NCBI RefSeq assembly: GCF_009914755.1
Contig: NC_060946.1
Length of the DNA: 64,000 nucleotides
Source: the human T2T-CHM13v2.0 reference genome, Homo sapiens
Reading direction: 5' to 3' (one strand)
The position numbers and the translations under genes were made by a program. This document shows, one piece after another, positions 1 through 13,529 of the stretch; the stretch's first letter is position 1, and the number at the start of each line of letters is the position of its first letter. The notes beneath the pieces were generated by a model. The model ran no database searches, had not been told where the DNA came from, and was given only the letters and a program-made list of their open reading frames with translations.

Positions 1-141
1 ACTTTCCAGCCTCCTTCACTGTTGACTCCGTTTGCTTTCTTAGCCTTGAATCCAGGTGCATCTAAGTTCGAGATCAGGACCCTTGAGGGGATGCTGTGTG
101 TGGAATGCCAGGCCTACTTCCTCCAGTTCTTACTTCGCTGG

Positions 142-325
142 GATTTTTATTTTATTTATGTTTATTTATTTTCAACTTTTATTTTAGATTCAGGGGCTAC
201 ATGTGCAGGTTTATTATCTGGGTATACTGTGTGATGCTGAGGTTAGGGATGAATGATCCTGTCACACACTTACTGAGCACAGTATGCAACAGTTCGCTTT
301 TCAACCCCTGCCCCTTCCTCCTTCT
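142..325 (-). mobile_element. L1 3' end fragment (L1PB/old L1PA-like)
   Basis: T-rich tail then 'caacttttattttagattcaggggctacatgtgcaggttt...', typical antisense L1 3' UTR. Confidence 0.8.
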
Positions 326-784
326 ACCAAAAAGCAACATGCATCTGCATGAACACTGCAGCAGTATTCCTGGCATTTTTAAAACCCCAACCCTGGCATC
401 CTGAGAGCCCTGAGTTCCAACTTTCTCGTCCCAGCCCAGGGAGACTCTGGCAAGGCCTTGGGCTGCACTCTCTCATCTTCCTGCCCTTGTGGGTGGGACA
501 GAAGCTGCCCCAAGGAGAAAAAGCAGTGGCCAGTGTCGGGGAGGGGCTGCCTCCCAAGCTGTGCCCATTTCTGGGAAGGTTCTGGATTGGCTCTGGGGAG
601 GTTCTGGGCAGGCTCTTAACTTCTCAGATCCTGGCTGCCTGGGCTGCTCTCTGATGTCTTCAAGCTGTGTTTTGTTTTTTTTTCTTTTTGAAATTTCATC
701 AAGCTATCACAGTTGTTCTTGGCAGGACGGTGAGTCTGACATAAGCTGCCTCAACATAGACAGATGTGTGAGCTCAGGTTTCTG

Positions 785-890
785 AATTGTGTGTCTCTTG
801 TTCATGGTATCCCCAGCTCCTAGAACAGTGCCTGCAAATAGCAGGAACTCTGCAAATATTTCTTTAGGAACGGGTCTGTGGGTGGATGAA
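785..890 (+). mobile_element. L2 3' end fragment
   Basis: 'tcttgttcatggtatccccagctcctagaacagtgcctgcaaatagcagg' resembles the L2 3' terminus. Confidence 0.65.
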
Positions 891-1882
891 TTTGAGGCCA
901 TGATACCACGACCAGGCCAGGAGTTGAAACGCCGAACACAGGAGGCCTGCTTTGTGAGCAGAAGCTGATTTTTTTTCCTCCCACCTGTGGGATGTGAGCG
1001 ACCATGACACAACAGGTGGAGACGCCAAGCAAGTAATTAAAAACTTTTCTCAGGAGCTCGGGAGAGAGCTCTGAGCTGTCCTTAGTTGAGTGGGGGTTGG
1101 AAAAGCCTATGCCAGAAATATGCCACATCCCCCTAATTGCGTGGAATCCAGAGCCCCTCCGTCCCGGTGCACCTGGACAATGGAGTGTGAACGTCCATCT
1201 GCCTTCTCTTCATGCCTGGAGAGGGCCATGCCAGAGACACAGGGTGGGTGTTGCGTGGGAGTGACTCAAGCTGATTCATCCTGCTGGGGAGGGAGCTGGA
1301 GTGGAGCCTCCCATGAGATCTGGACCCTGAAACTAAGGCCATGTGAATTCACTCACTGCAATGAGGGCTGTGAGCAGGGCTATTGCCTTGTTCATTTGTT
1401 GCAAAGACTCCCCCAGAAACTTACTCTCATGGAAACATACTTGGATAGAGAAATGCATTCCTCAGAATGATGCAACCGCACCTGAGAACAAAGCCTCAAC
1501 AGGGGACAAGCCTGCGGCAGACAGGGTGAAGCTCTCCCATTCCACGGGGGCCTTCTCGTTTCTTGGTTGTTACTGTCAGGAACCACCTGGGTCTCTGAAT
1601 GGTGCCTCCCAGCCCAGCGGCCTCAGAATCACCTGGGCTCTTACAAATAAATACAAACACCTGGTCTGCATTCCAGGCGCAGGGGATCAGGGCCTTGGAG
1701 TTGGAGCAGGGACGGGAGTGGACTGAGCGTCTATGGGATGAGAGCTTTGGAGGAGACAGGGGTGCTCAGGTCAATCGGCTGATGGAGTTTGCATGCCTTG
1801 GGAATTGCACGTTACATCAAGGTATCTTATTTATTTTATCTATTTTTATTATCTATTTTATTTATTTACCTGTTTATTTTAA

Positions 1883-2251
<369 letters not shown>

Positions 2252-2504
2252 TAGGACACTCTTAACAGTGAGCCAAGAGGAGCACAGCTGCCTGGCAGGC
2301 ACGGGCGGTTGTGTGTTCCGGACTCACCTGCATGGTGTGCTGAGGCCTTGCAGTAGGAGTTCAGAGAGCTTCATAGGGAGCAGATGCTTTACACTTCCAA
2401 TGGGTTGGTTCCTTCAAGGACGGCACTCTCACACAGCCATGTGCTCCTCCCAGGATGAGACACACTTGGGCACTTCTCTGTTATCTGGAGAAAAGTTTGG
2501 TCCA

Positions 2505-3110
2505 GCAGTGTCTATAAAAAAATACCACAGGCTGGACAGTTTCAACAACAGGAATTGATTACCTCATAGTTCCAGGTTCTGAGATCGAGGTGTTGGCAGG
2601 GCGGGGTCCTCCTGCAGCGGTGAGGGGACATCTGTGCCAGGCCTCTCTCCAGCTTCTGGGGTTTGCTGGTGATCTCTGAGGCCCCTTGCCTGTAGAAGCA
2701 TCACCCCCATCTCTGTCTCCATCTTCACGCGGCCTTTCCCGTATGGGTACATCTGTATGTGCTCAAATGTCCCCTTTGTGTGAGGACACCACTCACATTG
2801 AATTAGCGCCACCCTCCTCTGGGATCTTAACCAGTTACATCTGCAAGTACTCTACTTCCGAATAAAGACCACATTCTTACCTCATAGGTGCTTTTTCACA
2901 TTTGTTCTGCTTGGAATCTGCAGAGACTCTTGAATCTATAACTTGATTCCAAAGTTTCCACACTTCCAGAACAATTAATTGGCCTTTATTTTTGTTCCAG
3001 TGTTGCTTCTGTGTCACTGTGGTGGTTCCGAATGTGGCCCCTGTTCTGAGGTTCTAGGGGCTAGGAGTTTCATGTGATTTTTGGGAGGGGACGTAACTCA
3101 ACCCACCAAT
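2505..3110 (-). mobile_element. MLT1C-like MaLR LTR, interrupted at ~2879-3042
   Basis: 'aaataccacaggctgg...gtagaagcatcacccc...ttccgaataaagaccacattct' resumes as 'ttctgaggttctaggggctagg...ctcaacccacc'. Confidence 0.8.
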
Positions 3111-3221
3111 TTGGAATCAGAGTGAGACCCCAGCAGGAGTTACCTAGTCCCAGCAGGCATGAGAGGGACGCTCTGCTTCTGTGGGGCCCCGGGGCTGAAG
3201 GGGAGGCCCCAAAGCCAGCGC

Positions 3222-3324
3222 GCCCCAGAGCTGCCTAACGTTGGGGTTCATCCCATGAGGAGCGGGTCTGATGCCCCGGGAGCTGCCTAACGTTGGGGTT
3301 CATCCCATGAGGGGCAGGTCTGAC
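3222..3324. repeat. Tandem duplication, ~51 bp x2
   Basis: gagctgcctaacgttggggttcatcccatgagg..ggtctga occurs twice head-to-tail. Confidence 0.95.
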
Positions 3325-4460
3325 GTCATGCAAGGGAGGACCATGTATTCTCCAAGGAGGGCCTCAATAAGGCAACGGTGCACCCCCGTCCAAGGGTCAA
3401 GGCCTTCCCCTCTTGGACACCAGACCCCAGGAAGTCAGCCTGTAGGACGATCGTGGATCTTAAAGGGAGGGAGGGAGCTCTCCCTGAAGGAGCTTCGGGG
3501 CCAGGATGCAGGCCTCGGGGGCCAGGGACCCTGTGTGGGGCTGCATCCCGAGGGGGCAGGTCCATGAGTGGGACGTGGAGTTGGAGACAGAGCTTGTCCA
3601 CATGGAGGCACAAGTCCATGTGCAGGGTTGACGGGGGTCAGGACTCCTGGAAACAGGGCTGATGTGGCCAGAATGAACCTGGGACCCCATGCTCAGCTGT
3701 TTCTCCTGCTACTCCGCGTAATTTCATGCCCGGTGACTTTGTCTCTTGGCTGCACTCCCGTCTCTGTGGGGCAGCTCCTCCGTGGAGCATCTGTGTTTGT
3801 CAAATGTCACAGGCGCTGATCGCTGGGGTCAGGGAGGTGACAGTGCAACAGGCTTGGCTGCCAGTGTGAGAACCGACCTAGAGGTGCCTGGGCATGGATC
3901 ACAGGCCGGCGTTGAAAGCAGCGCTGTGATTGGTCCCCATGATGGTGCCCACAAGACACCTGTGTTGTGATTTGTTGAGGGAGATTGGGCGGCACAGTCT
4001 GTGCTCTGTGCCATTATCAGGGTTGATAGCCCTGGTACCTGCAATCCCACCCATGCTGTTGGAGACCGACGTTGTTTAACAAAACCGTGCAGTAGGAACT
4101 GTGTGCACATCCTAAGTGGATGACCATGAGTCACCACCGTTCCTCTCATGCGTAGAATACACGGGTCCGGGGCCCCAGGCGTGGCTAGGATTCCCACTTG
4201 TGATCCTGCTCAGTGGTCTGCTTGGGTGATTTTGCTTTCTGTTCCCACAAATACATGCTTGGCAGGTTGGAGGTCCTGTTTCTAAGAATAAACAGTTCCG
4301 CACATATCCCAATCGACTTTCACCCGTGTCTTTAGGCGCCCTGCTCCCAGGGCCCAGCAGGCAAGGATAAGAGTTTGGCTCATGGCAGGGGTGGCTGACC
4401 CTGCTCCTGGAGGAGGTGGGTGCTGAAGACCCTGGCCTCCGGGAAGAACAGGCTGGGCGC

Positions 4461-4779
4461 GGTCTTAGCCTCTCCGGGCTGCTATAACAAGATAACACAA
4501 ACTGGGGGCTTGTAAACAACAGAAAGTTGCTTCTGGAAGTTCTGCAGGCTGGGAAGTTCAGGTCAAGGTGCTGGCCAGGGCTCATTCCTCAGAGACGGTG
4601 CCGCCTCCCTGTGTCCTCATATGTTAGGGGGGACTGCAGCTCTCTGGGGTCTCATGTGTTAGGGCACTAATCTCTTGGCCTCATCACCTCTCAAAGGCCC
4701 CATCTCCAAATACCATCCTACTGGGGATTAGGTGACAAGGGAAGAGTTTTGAGGGGTCACAAACATTCCATTTGTAGCA
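4461..4779 (-). mobile_element. MLT1A-like MaLR LTR
   Basis: 'gtcttag...gggctgctataacaa...aaaggccccatctccaaataccatc...cacaaacattcc'. Confidence 0.8.
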
Positions 4780-4889
4780 GGGTCCCAGGTCACCCACCCG
4801 AGTCTGTCTGACTCCTTCCTCCCTTCCAGTTTTGATGCCACATGGGGAGCTGCCCCAGACCCGTCAATTGCAACAGGAGACCCTGAGAA

Positions 4890-5314
4890 GCCCTGTGGGT
4901 GGAGGGTGCACGCCCAGGGACTCCCGTGGGGAGGGAGACCCTTCTTTCCTGCAGCAGCCGGGAGCGGCGGTGGTGACGGCTCCCAGCCGAGCTGCTCTTT
5001 GGGAATTGCCCTCCTGGGAAGAGATGGTTGCCACATCCAGGGGTGTGCCCTCTCCCAGGGCAGCCCACGCATCCAGTGGCTGGTTGATCTGGGTAACGGC
5101 CATACCTTCGTGCCTCAGGGTGGGCCAGCTCTGCCGGGGATGCAGTTCCAGCACTCCCTGTGGGACTCACAGCTTCCCTGGCTCCTGAATCACAGCTGAG
5201 TGCCCCCCTCAGCCCAGGCCTCCCTCCTGTGCTTCCCCACAGGCAAGACCCCAAAGGCAAGCCCCACAAACTCCTCGAATGCAAATCTGTCTCCTGGGGA
5301 ACCCACCTGAGGCA
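4890..5314 (+). mobile_element. LTR16-like ERVL LTR
   Basis: 'gggcagcccacgcatccagtggctggttgat...tctcctggggaacccacctgaggca' resembles the LTR16C 3' end. Confidence 0.6.
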
Positions 5315-5914
5315 GGCAGGCTCAGGACGCTCCTGGTGTCTGGTGCTGAGCAACGGGGTGTTCCCATCTCCCCTGCACCTTCACTTTGCAGACCCCTCAG
5401 AGTTCCAACCCAGGTGGAGCGAGGTGAGCCGTGTGGCCACGGCACCTGCCTAGAACTGGCATGACAGAGATGCCTCATGGTGGTCAGTGCCAGCAGACAC
5501 AGGTGGCTGGAGGACGGCGTCTTGGCTGAACAGGGAGGGTGGGGTGCCCAGCCTCAGAAGGGTGAGAGGAGCCCCTCTGGCAGAGAACCCCTGAGCCCAG
5601 GCATGGAGGTGAAGGAGGCTCCACGTGGCACTGGCCCCACTCAGGGGAGTGGGCTGGGGCCGTCCCATCCTAGCGCCCATTTTGAGGAGGGTCTCAGTTG
5701 GGGCTGAGGGTTCCAGACCAGGACATGCAAATAGAGCAAGAAGCAAAGGAAGCGGGAACAGTGCAGGGAAGGAGCGGGGAGGGTGGTGTGGGTCTGGGTG
5801 TCCTTCAGCCGGGTCATGGGATGGAGCCGGAACGTCCCTCCACAGCAGAGTTGGGCCAGGGACTGAGGAGGGGGCCAGGACCTGAGGCACAGTCTCCTGG
5901 AGCAGTGGACCCTG

Positions 5915-6402
5915 ACACGCATGTGCATGCCTCATATCATCCCCACCACACACATGCATACAAGCCCATGTGCACACACATATGCACACACACACACAGT
6001 TATGTAACCCCATGTGACACCACATGCCCCAACTCCACACCCACACTCATACACACCACACTTCCACACATCACACAGACACACATACATACACACATGC
6101 ACACAGGCACACAGGCATGTAGCCCCATGCGACACCACAGCCCCCAACTCCACGCCCATATCACCAACACATATACATACCACGCTTCCACATATCACAC
6201 TTGAAAGCCACAGACACACACACATACATACATGCACACATGCACATAATGCATGTAGCTCCACGTGACACCATACCCCCAACTCTACCCCATGTCACAA
6301 ACACACATACACACCACGCTTCCACACATCACATAAACCACACAGACACACATGTATACACACAGGCACACACGCACGTAGCCCCACGCTACACCCTACC
6401 CC
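5915..6402. repeat. CA-rich minisatellite, ~115-135 bp degenerate units
   Basis: Recurring gtagccccaYgYgacacca..ccccaactc...cttccacacatcaca at ~6002, 6117, 6252, 6376. Confidence 0.85.
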
Positions 6403-6852
6403 TGTGAAAGGAAAATACATCTTGGGCCCCCCCAAATCACTAAGCTAAAGGGAAAAGTCAAGCTGAGAACTGCTCAGGGCAAAGCTGCCTCCCATTCTAT
6501 GTAAAGTCACCGCCTGCTCCTATCTGATTGCTTCCTTTGGAGAGGCTCACCAGAAACTCAAAATAATGCAACCGATTGTCTCTCACTTACCTGTGGCCTA
6601 GGACCCCCTCCCTGCTTCCAGTTGTCCCGCCTTCACCTCGAGTTGTCCCACCTTTCCAGGCTGAACCAATGTTCATCTTGCATATGGTGATTGATGGCTC
6701 ATATCTCCCTAAAATGCATAAAACCAAACTGTGCTCTGAGCACCCTGGGCACCAGGACCTCCTGAGTCTGTGTCGAGGGTATGCGTCCTCAACCTTGGCA
6801 AAATAAACTTTCTACATTAACTGAGACCTGTCTTAGATTTTCAGGGTTCATA
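6403..6852 (+). mobile_element. MER4-group ERV1 solo LTR
   Basis: Starts tgtgaaaggaaaat..atcactaagctaaagggaaaagtcaagctg; contains AATAAA; ends gggttcata. Confidence 0.88.
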
Positions 6853-7077
6853 CTCCCCAACTCTAACCCTGCATTACACACACACACAGAGACACACACA
6901 ACACAATTCCACATGTCGCACTCACAAACCACACAGACAGACCGGCATACATCACACATACCAAGCACACACCACACAAAAACCACAAACCAGTCATCAC
7001 ACATCACTCACCACACACCACTCCACATACAACTTGTCACACCCCACACACCCCACACAGTCACCACACATACCACA

Positions 7078-7110
<33 letters not shown>
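6853..7110. repeat. CA-rich low complexity with (CA)n microsatellite at ~7081-7108
   Basis: Direct reading. Confidence 0.9.
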
Positions 7111-7112
<2 letters not shown>

Positions 7113-10110
7113 ATAATGGTTCATGCTGAAGCAGAGGCCTCCCCCAGAGCACAGAACTGGGCTCACCCCTCCATGTCAGGCCCCACTGCGGAAAGCTGTG
7201 GCAGTGTGGAGAGGGGCCCATCTCTAGGGTGGACACCTGGGCTTGCGGCCTTGGCCATCACTGGGCTGCTCTGGGCCTTGGTTTACTCTCTGGTTGAAGG
7301 ATGGCACTGGGGGATTTGGGGTTTCATCAGCAGAGCCCTTGATTGTCCCTCCCTCCCCCATCGGGCAGTCACTGCGTGCTCCCTCTGTGCCCACACGCGT
7401 CACGTTTCGAGGCAGCCTCCATAATCACGATGATTACCTGAGCTCCTCTCATTCTCACCGCAGCCGGCCTTGCAGGGGAGGAGGATGGAGGAGCCCAGTG
7501 ATGGGTCTGCCTGACTTGCTCGTCTGTGGCTGCCCCACCCCGTCCCATGCCAGAGCCTGGACTCAGGTCTGCCTGACTTGCCCACGGCAGCCATGCCACC
7601 CTGCCCCACGCCGGGACCCTCTGTGGGGCTTCAGGACTGCAGGTGCCTGTGGGAGAGCGAGGCTGCAGGCTCCCGACGGCCACTCGAGCTCAGCGGTCAT
7701 GGTCCCCTCATGCTCTGCTCCTAGACGGGGTCTCTGTTCTCCTGGCTGGAGACAGGAAGCTGGTGCTGAGTGCCACTGCCTGGGGAGACGCCCTCCCTCC
7801 CTGAGCCTGCAGTCACCCCCTCAGCTCACTGGCCTTCATCAATCATTCTGTATTTGCTCCCTGAAACATTCATGTTGAGAGGAAGTGAATGTAATGGCAC
7901 TTTAAGGAGAAGTCCCATTGAAGGAAGCCATGGGATCGTGGATAAGGGAGGGGTGGCTTGGGGATCCGCCAGCCCCTGACAGTCTGGGCTGCAGCAGGAC
8001 TTCCACCCATCGCTGCTTTCAGCCTCACGGGGATAGTGGCTGCAGAGACCCCCTTTATCACAGTTGTGGATGTGTGTGGGTGGCGGGGACACAGCTTCCT
8101 CGTTCCCTTTATCCTGGCTGTGCGTGGTCAAGAAGTAGGCAGCTGAGTCCCCGGCTCCCTCCAGGCATCCAAAGGCTGGTGGAGTTCTCTAAGCAGGGCC
8201 TGAGCTGTGGGGCCCGGGCCGTGCTTCAGGGCTTTCTTTCCTTCTGTGGATCAGGGATGCAGAAAGCACCTTGAAACTGCTGAGGTGCTGCCCGAGAAGG
8301 GACAGGTGGACCCTTGGGATCAGAGGGTCTCCTTTAAACAAATCCTGCAGGGTCTCAGGTGTGCAGCCCCAGGAGATCCTCACTGCTCAGGGCCAGGGGC
8401 CTCCTCAGGTGGGAGGCTGTTTGAGGAGGGCAGCTGGGAAGATGGTGGAGGGAGGTGATTCTGCACACTTGAGGCAGTCCTGGGAGAGCGGGTCCTGACC
8501 AGCACACTGGCCGCTGGCCGGGAAATGTCCAGGCACAGGCCGGGTCTGAGCTGAGGCTCGAATGCTAAGCTCCACAGCTCTGGGGCCAGCCTGGGACACC
8601 CTGGCCAAGCCTGACTGTGTGGGAGGGCACGTCCTGATCCTTCAACGCAAGGCACATGGGGACCAGCTGGAGATCCTGAGTCCTCCTTGCGGGGCTGTCT
8701 GTGCTCCTGTGTTTCTTTTCCTCTCGATGCCTCTTTTCTGCCTTGCTAGAGCCTCCCCAGGGAAGGCTGGGCTGTCCCCAGGGATGGGACGCCACAGATA
8801 GCAGGAGGCCTTCCCCAAGGTACGGGTGCAGGGCTGTGGACCACAGCACAGGCCCTTCCTTCTCGCCGCCCGCCCTGCTGGCCCAGTTCTCCTGGGTGAT
8901 GTCACCTCTGCCGCCACCACGCCACTCCAGCACCGCCCAAACCTCTTGCTCTCTTCAAGCGCACCTGTCCCAAGTAGAACTGCCACACAGGTGGCCCCTT
9001 TCTCCTCCCAGGGCCCTGGGGACTATGTCTGAGGATGCTGGGGCTCAGGAAATGGAGACTCCTGTATTCCCCGGCCTCACCACAGTGTCCAGCAGGCCTC
9101 TGGCCCGGAGTGACTCACAGCGCCATGAGGACAACACAGCCCCCTGTCAGCCGGCGCCTCAGCAACACAAGAGCTCGGCATGATGACCTTGGCACGGCAC
9201 AGGCCAGGGGCCTCCTGTGCCCTTTGGGAGCATCCGGAGGACCCAAGGAGGTTGGGTGACTTTTCCAAAGCTGCTCAGCCATGAAGCCATGCAGAGGGAC
9301 TGTGGCCGCATCCTCGGGGCCTGTCCCCTTCCCAGGACAGGGCCGGCCTCTGCTGCCTCACACCCACCTGTCTGGCCACCAGGGCGATAGTCCCCCCTTT
9401 GGCCTAGGCTGACGATTGTCCTGGAGGACCACAGGCTGGGGCAGCCAAGCACAGGCCCGACTCTGGGACATGGCAGATGTCCCCTTCCTGGTGACAAGAA
9501 AGCATGACTGCCAGTCAGACCACATTGTTCCTAGACAACTAGATCCTCAAAACACTCCGGGCACCTTCAGGAAGGCTGTCGTCTGCAGTGAGTGGGGGGG
9601 CCTGCACAGCCTCGTCCCATCCGCCTTGACCAGCCTGCAAAGTGACCCCCAGACAATCAGGGCCTGGCTGGCTCTCATCCGGGCCGGAACAGGCCCATTC
9701 AGTCGGGCAGGTGAACAATGCCGGCCCCCGTGACAAATGGGCTCATTAAGGAGATGGATGGCCGCGGCCCACCGCGCTGGCCTGCTTCCTGGGCAGGGCG
9801 GGCGGGCTGGCGTCTTCTCCTGGGCGAAGGCCAAGTACATGCAGCTCTCCAGCCAGTGGATGTGGCAAGAAGGGGTCTCCGGGCCTCCTGGACCACGGTG
9901 CTGGCCTCTCAGGGAGGGGCAGCCTGTGTCCCAGGCCTGTGGGCACCCAGCCCCCATGAGGGCAGTGATGGCCGGCAGCGCCTGGACGCTCAGGACAGCC
10001 ATGCCCGAGGCAGGTTAGCAAGGAGAAAACGGGGGCTCAGAGACAAGGGGAGGGGCCTAAGGTCACATAGCAGCCAGCATTTCTGGGCTGGAAACGTTCG
10101 TGAGCAGAGT

Positions 10111-10201
10111 TGGGTGACAAGAGTGAGCAACAGAGCAAACTCCAGCCTGGCGACAGAGAGAGACTCTGTCTCAAAAAAACAAAAAAAAACAAAAACAAAA
10201 A
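10111..10201 (+). mobile_element. Alu 3'-terminal fragment with A-rich tail
   Basis: actccagcctggcgacagagagagactctgtctc followed by an A-rich tail. Confidence 0.85.
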
Positions 10202-13200
10202 CAGCAGCATGTCTTCCGAAACAGAGAGAGGACCTGAAACCTACACACTCGTGGAAACAGTAAATACTCGGGTGCCGCAGACCCTCGATACCCTGACTCC
10301 ATCATGACACAGTCCAGACATGCAGCAAGAGGACACAAGCACCCCATAAATATGTACAAATACAGCACATCAGCCGTTTAAAACATTCCGACAAAAATGT
10401 TTAGATCTGCCATTTTATGTTAAGTTAGGAAAAAAAAATGCAGTGGTTTCAAGCCTCAGCCCGCGCTGCTGTCCCTGGAGTCACACTCTTGTTTGGTGTC
10501 TGCGAGGCTGGTCTCCCTCACCAACCAGCCCGGGGCCCCCCGGAGCAGTCACCACATCAGTCATCCTGGTGTTCTGGGCTCCCCTCAATGGGCAAACTCG
10601 CAGCTGCCCGGTGAACAAAGGGACACATGGTATATTCTGAAATAACCTGAAGAGTGTAGTTGGGTTGCTTTTAACTCAAAGCCCCCCATTCTCCACGATG
10701 TGCTTAGTTCATGTTGCATCCCTGTATCAAAACGTCTCCTGTACCCCATACTTAGATACGCCTACTATGTATTCACAAAAAAGTGGATGCATGAACCCCC
10801 CAGTGACCTGAAAGAGGAGGGGTGGGAGAGAGCCCAGGAGGTCATCTGGGAGACAGGACCCCGAGAGCCCCTTCCCAGAGGCAGGACTGATGGAGGGTGC
10901 TGGTCTGGGGAGTTCAGGGCCCACAGAAAGCTCTTGGTCCTCACCCCTCAGCTCTGGCACCCTCCTTTGGGGCACCCACTCTCAGCCCCACTGCCCGTCT
11001 CAAAGCCTCCCTGGCCTGTGCTCAGTCGCTCCTTCCTCACTTGGTCCTACCGGGAACTCCAAGCCACCTCCCTGACTCCAGGGCGCACCATCCTGCTGGA
11101 AGTAAACAATGAAGGGGCCCCTGGGGCTGGGGTGGGTGTGAGCCTCACCATGGACTAGTGGGGGTTGGTGAGACGCCCAGTCCTGGTCTGAGCCACTGCC
11201 GGACCCCAGGGATTCCTGCCAGGACAGCCAGGGGCAGAGGGACAGGCTGGCCTCATCTTGTGGAGGTCTCACAGCTCCCTGTGTTGTGCAGTGTAGCGCT
11301 CAGATGTCTGCTCTGGCCCCTCGCCAGTGACTATCGTGCTCCAACCAACCTCGCTGCTGGTGGGAGACACTGCAGGCAAGGACAGGTCCAGTTCTGACCC
11401 CTGCTCCCGGGCTCCGGGCCCTGCCTGACTGGGGCAGGTGGTGGTGACAAGCAGGATACCGGGTAGAAAAGAGGCAGGCCCCAGTTTGAATGCCTGCTCG
11501 CTGAACTGACTGAAACTCATTTCCCTGTTCACACAGTCGGGAGAGAGTCCGGACTTCTTGGGAGGGGCCCCTCGCAGCCTCGGCTGGTGGGACCCTGCCA
11601 TGGGGCACAGTGGTCCTGGTCAGTTATCCTCTGTCAGACCTGGGCTCTTGGTGTCTGGATTTCTTGCTTTTCTGCAGAGGAACTTTTCTGCCCCGGACCC
11701 ACAATTCTTTCCTCCACTCCAGCTGGGACACACTGAGGCCCACCAGGACCCTGAGAGCCACCTCGGGCTGCAGGCTCTGTACCCCGAGAGTCAAGCCTGT
11801 CCTGTCCTCGCCTCCAAAGAGCCAGATTTAGGCCTGCAGGGCCTCCCTCCAGAGCCCACCGCAAAACCACGTAATCAGACATCCTTCTAAACGGAGGATA
11901 AGCAGGGATTTGACTCCTCAGGTGTATTAATAAAGAGCGGTTCCCGTGGAGGCCTCTTGGAAAACATTAAAAGATTATCCACTCCTCGAGATGCCCATTA
12001 ACATCCATCAGGGCTCCCGGCTGCAGCCTTGAGCCAGGAAACAACGGCGCCTGTGGAATCACAAGTGGGAAAATAAAGGGCTCTGACGCACCGCATTGTC
12101 TGGAGAGTGCCTCAGTGGCCGCCAAGAACAGAGCACACAGGCCTTGAAGCCAGACACACACCCCCCCGCGCCGTGCTGGCTTATCCTCACAGGCCGCTTT
12201 CACGTAGCCCGGTGTGGCCCGGGGGTCTGCCTGGCTCCCTGTCCTTCAGCCCACACTCAGCCTAGCGTAGACGGGCCTCTGGGTTCCACCTGGAGTAGAG
12301 GGATGGGTCAAGGGGCCATGTTCTTGCTGGAATACAAGCCCTGGTACACCTTTCCAGGGCCCTCTTTCAGGGATAGACTCGGAGGTGGGTTTAGATGTTT
12401 GGGCCAAATGCAGGGACCCGGGAAGGCTGGGGTGAAGCTGGCCCCTGCACACAGGGGTGAGTTAGGTGAGGGACCACAGGGTGTGCTGAAGATCTATGGG
12501 GGGCACAGACACAAGGTGTGTGCATGAGCCTGCCACTGGGAAGGGCTGCCAATGGCTGTGGCTTCTGCTCTTAGCAAAATTAGGAAGCTGACCCAGACTC
12601 ATCTCACAAATTCAGTCCCCGGCTGTTGACCAGGCACCAGCTGTGCTGCAGAACTGCTCTGCCTGCTCCGTGCAGGGAGGAATGTTCTAGAAGCTGGTGC
12701 TGTACTCTTGGGGACGAGGGCCAGGCTATCGGGAGGATCCAGGCAGTGCCACAAGAGCAGAACAGAGGAGGTTTTAGACCCGGCCACACAGACGTGGCTT
12801 CCGTGACTCCAGCTAGGGTCTCAGCAGCATGGTAGGTCCAATGGGGGTTCATCCTCCTTAGAGCAGAGGAAAAGCAGGGGGCTGGCTGTAGCAGAACACT
12901 CTAGAATCTGGAGCCCCGATGGAGGAAGCAGGCCTTCAATTTTGTTCCTCTGGCTCTGGAGGTGGTTTTCCAAAGACTCCAGTGAGGACGCCTTGGCCAT
13001 TGCTCAATGAAGCTGCAGAAGCCGCGGAGATGGCTGGGCATTGGCCAGCTGGGCTCGGGCCTCCTGGAGGTTCACAGAACAGCAGGAGTCTCTGGTCTGG
13101 ACAGACAGCTTGATCCATGAACCCCACCTTTTCCCTCTCTCCTCTGGGAATTCTTTGTTCGTGCACTCCGGGAGTGGGGAGAGGGAGGGTGGGCTGGGGA

Positions 13201-13529
13201 TGGGAAAGAAGAGGTTGCTGAACCTCTGCCTCAAATGGGGTGAGGGTGCACATATGCTCTCCCAGTGGCCTCTCCCCAACACGTGGGCCAGGGAGACATG
13301 GGATGGCAGGGCTTCCATCCTCTTCCAGGCCCAGGGGGGTGGGAAAGCCCCAGCTGGGAAGCCCAAGAGGACAGCGGAGGCAGGGCCCATACACCAGCCT
13401 TGCAGCCTCCTTGGCCAGAACCCCAGTGTGTTCTCCTCAGCTAGGTCTCTGGCCAGGGCTTCTCTGGAGCCATCTGGGACTGCTTTCATCTGTCATTGCT
13501 CTTGTCTTTGTCTTTTTTCCTCTGAATGA

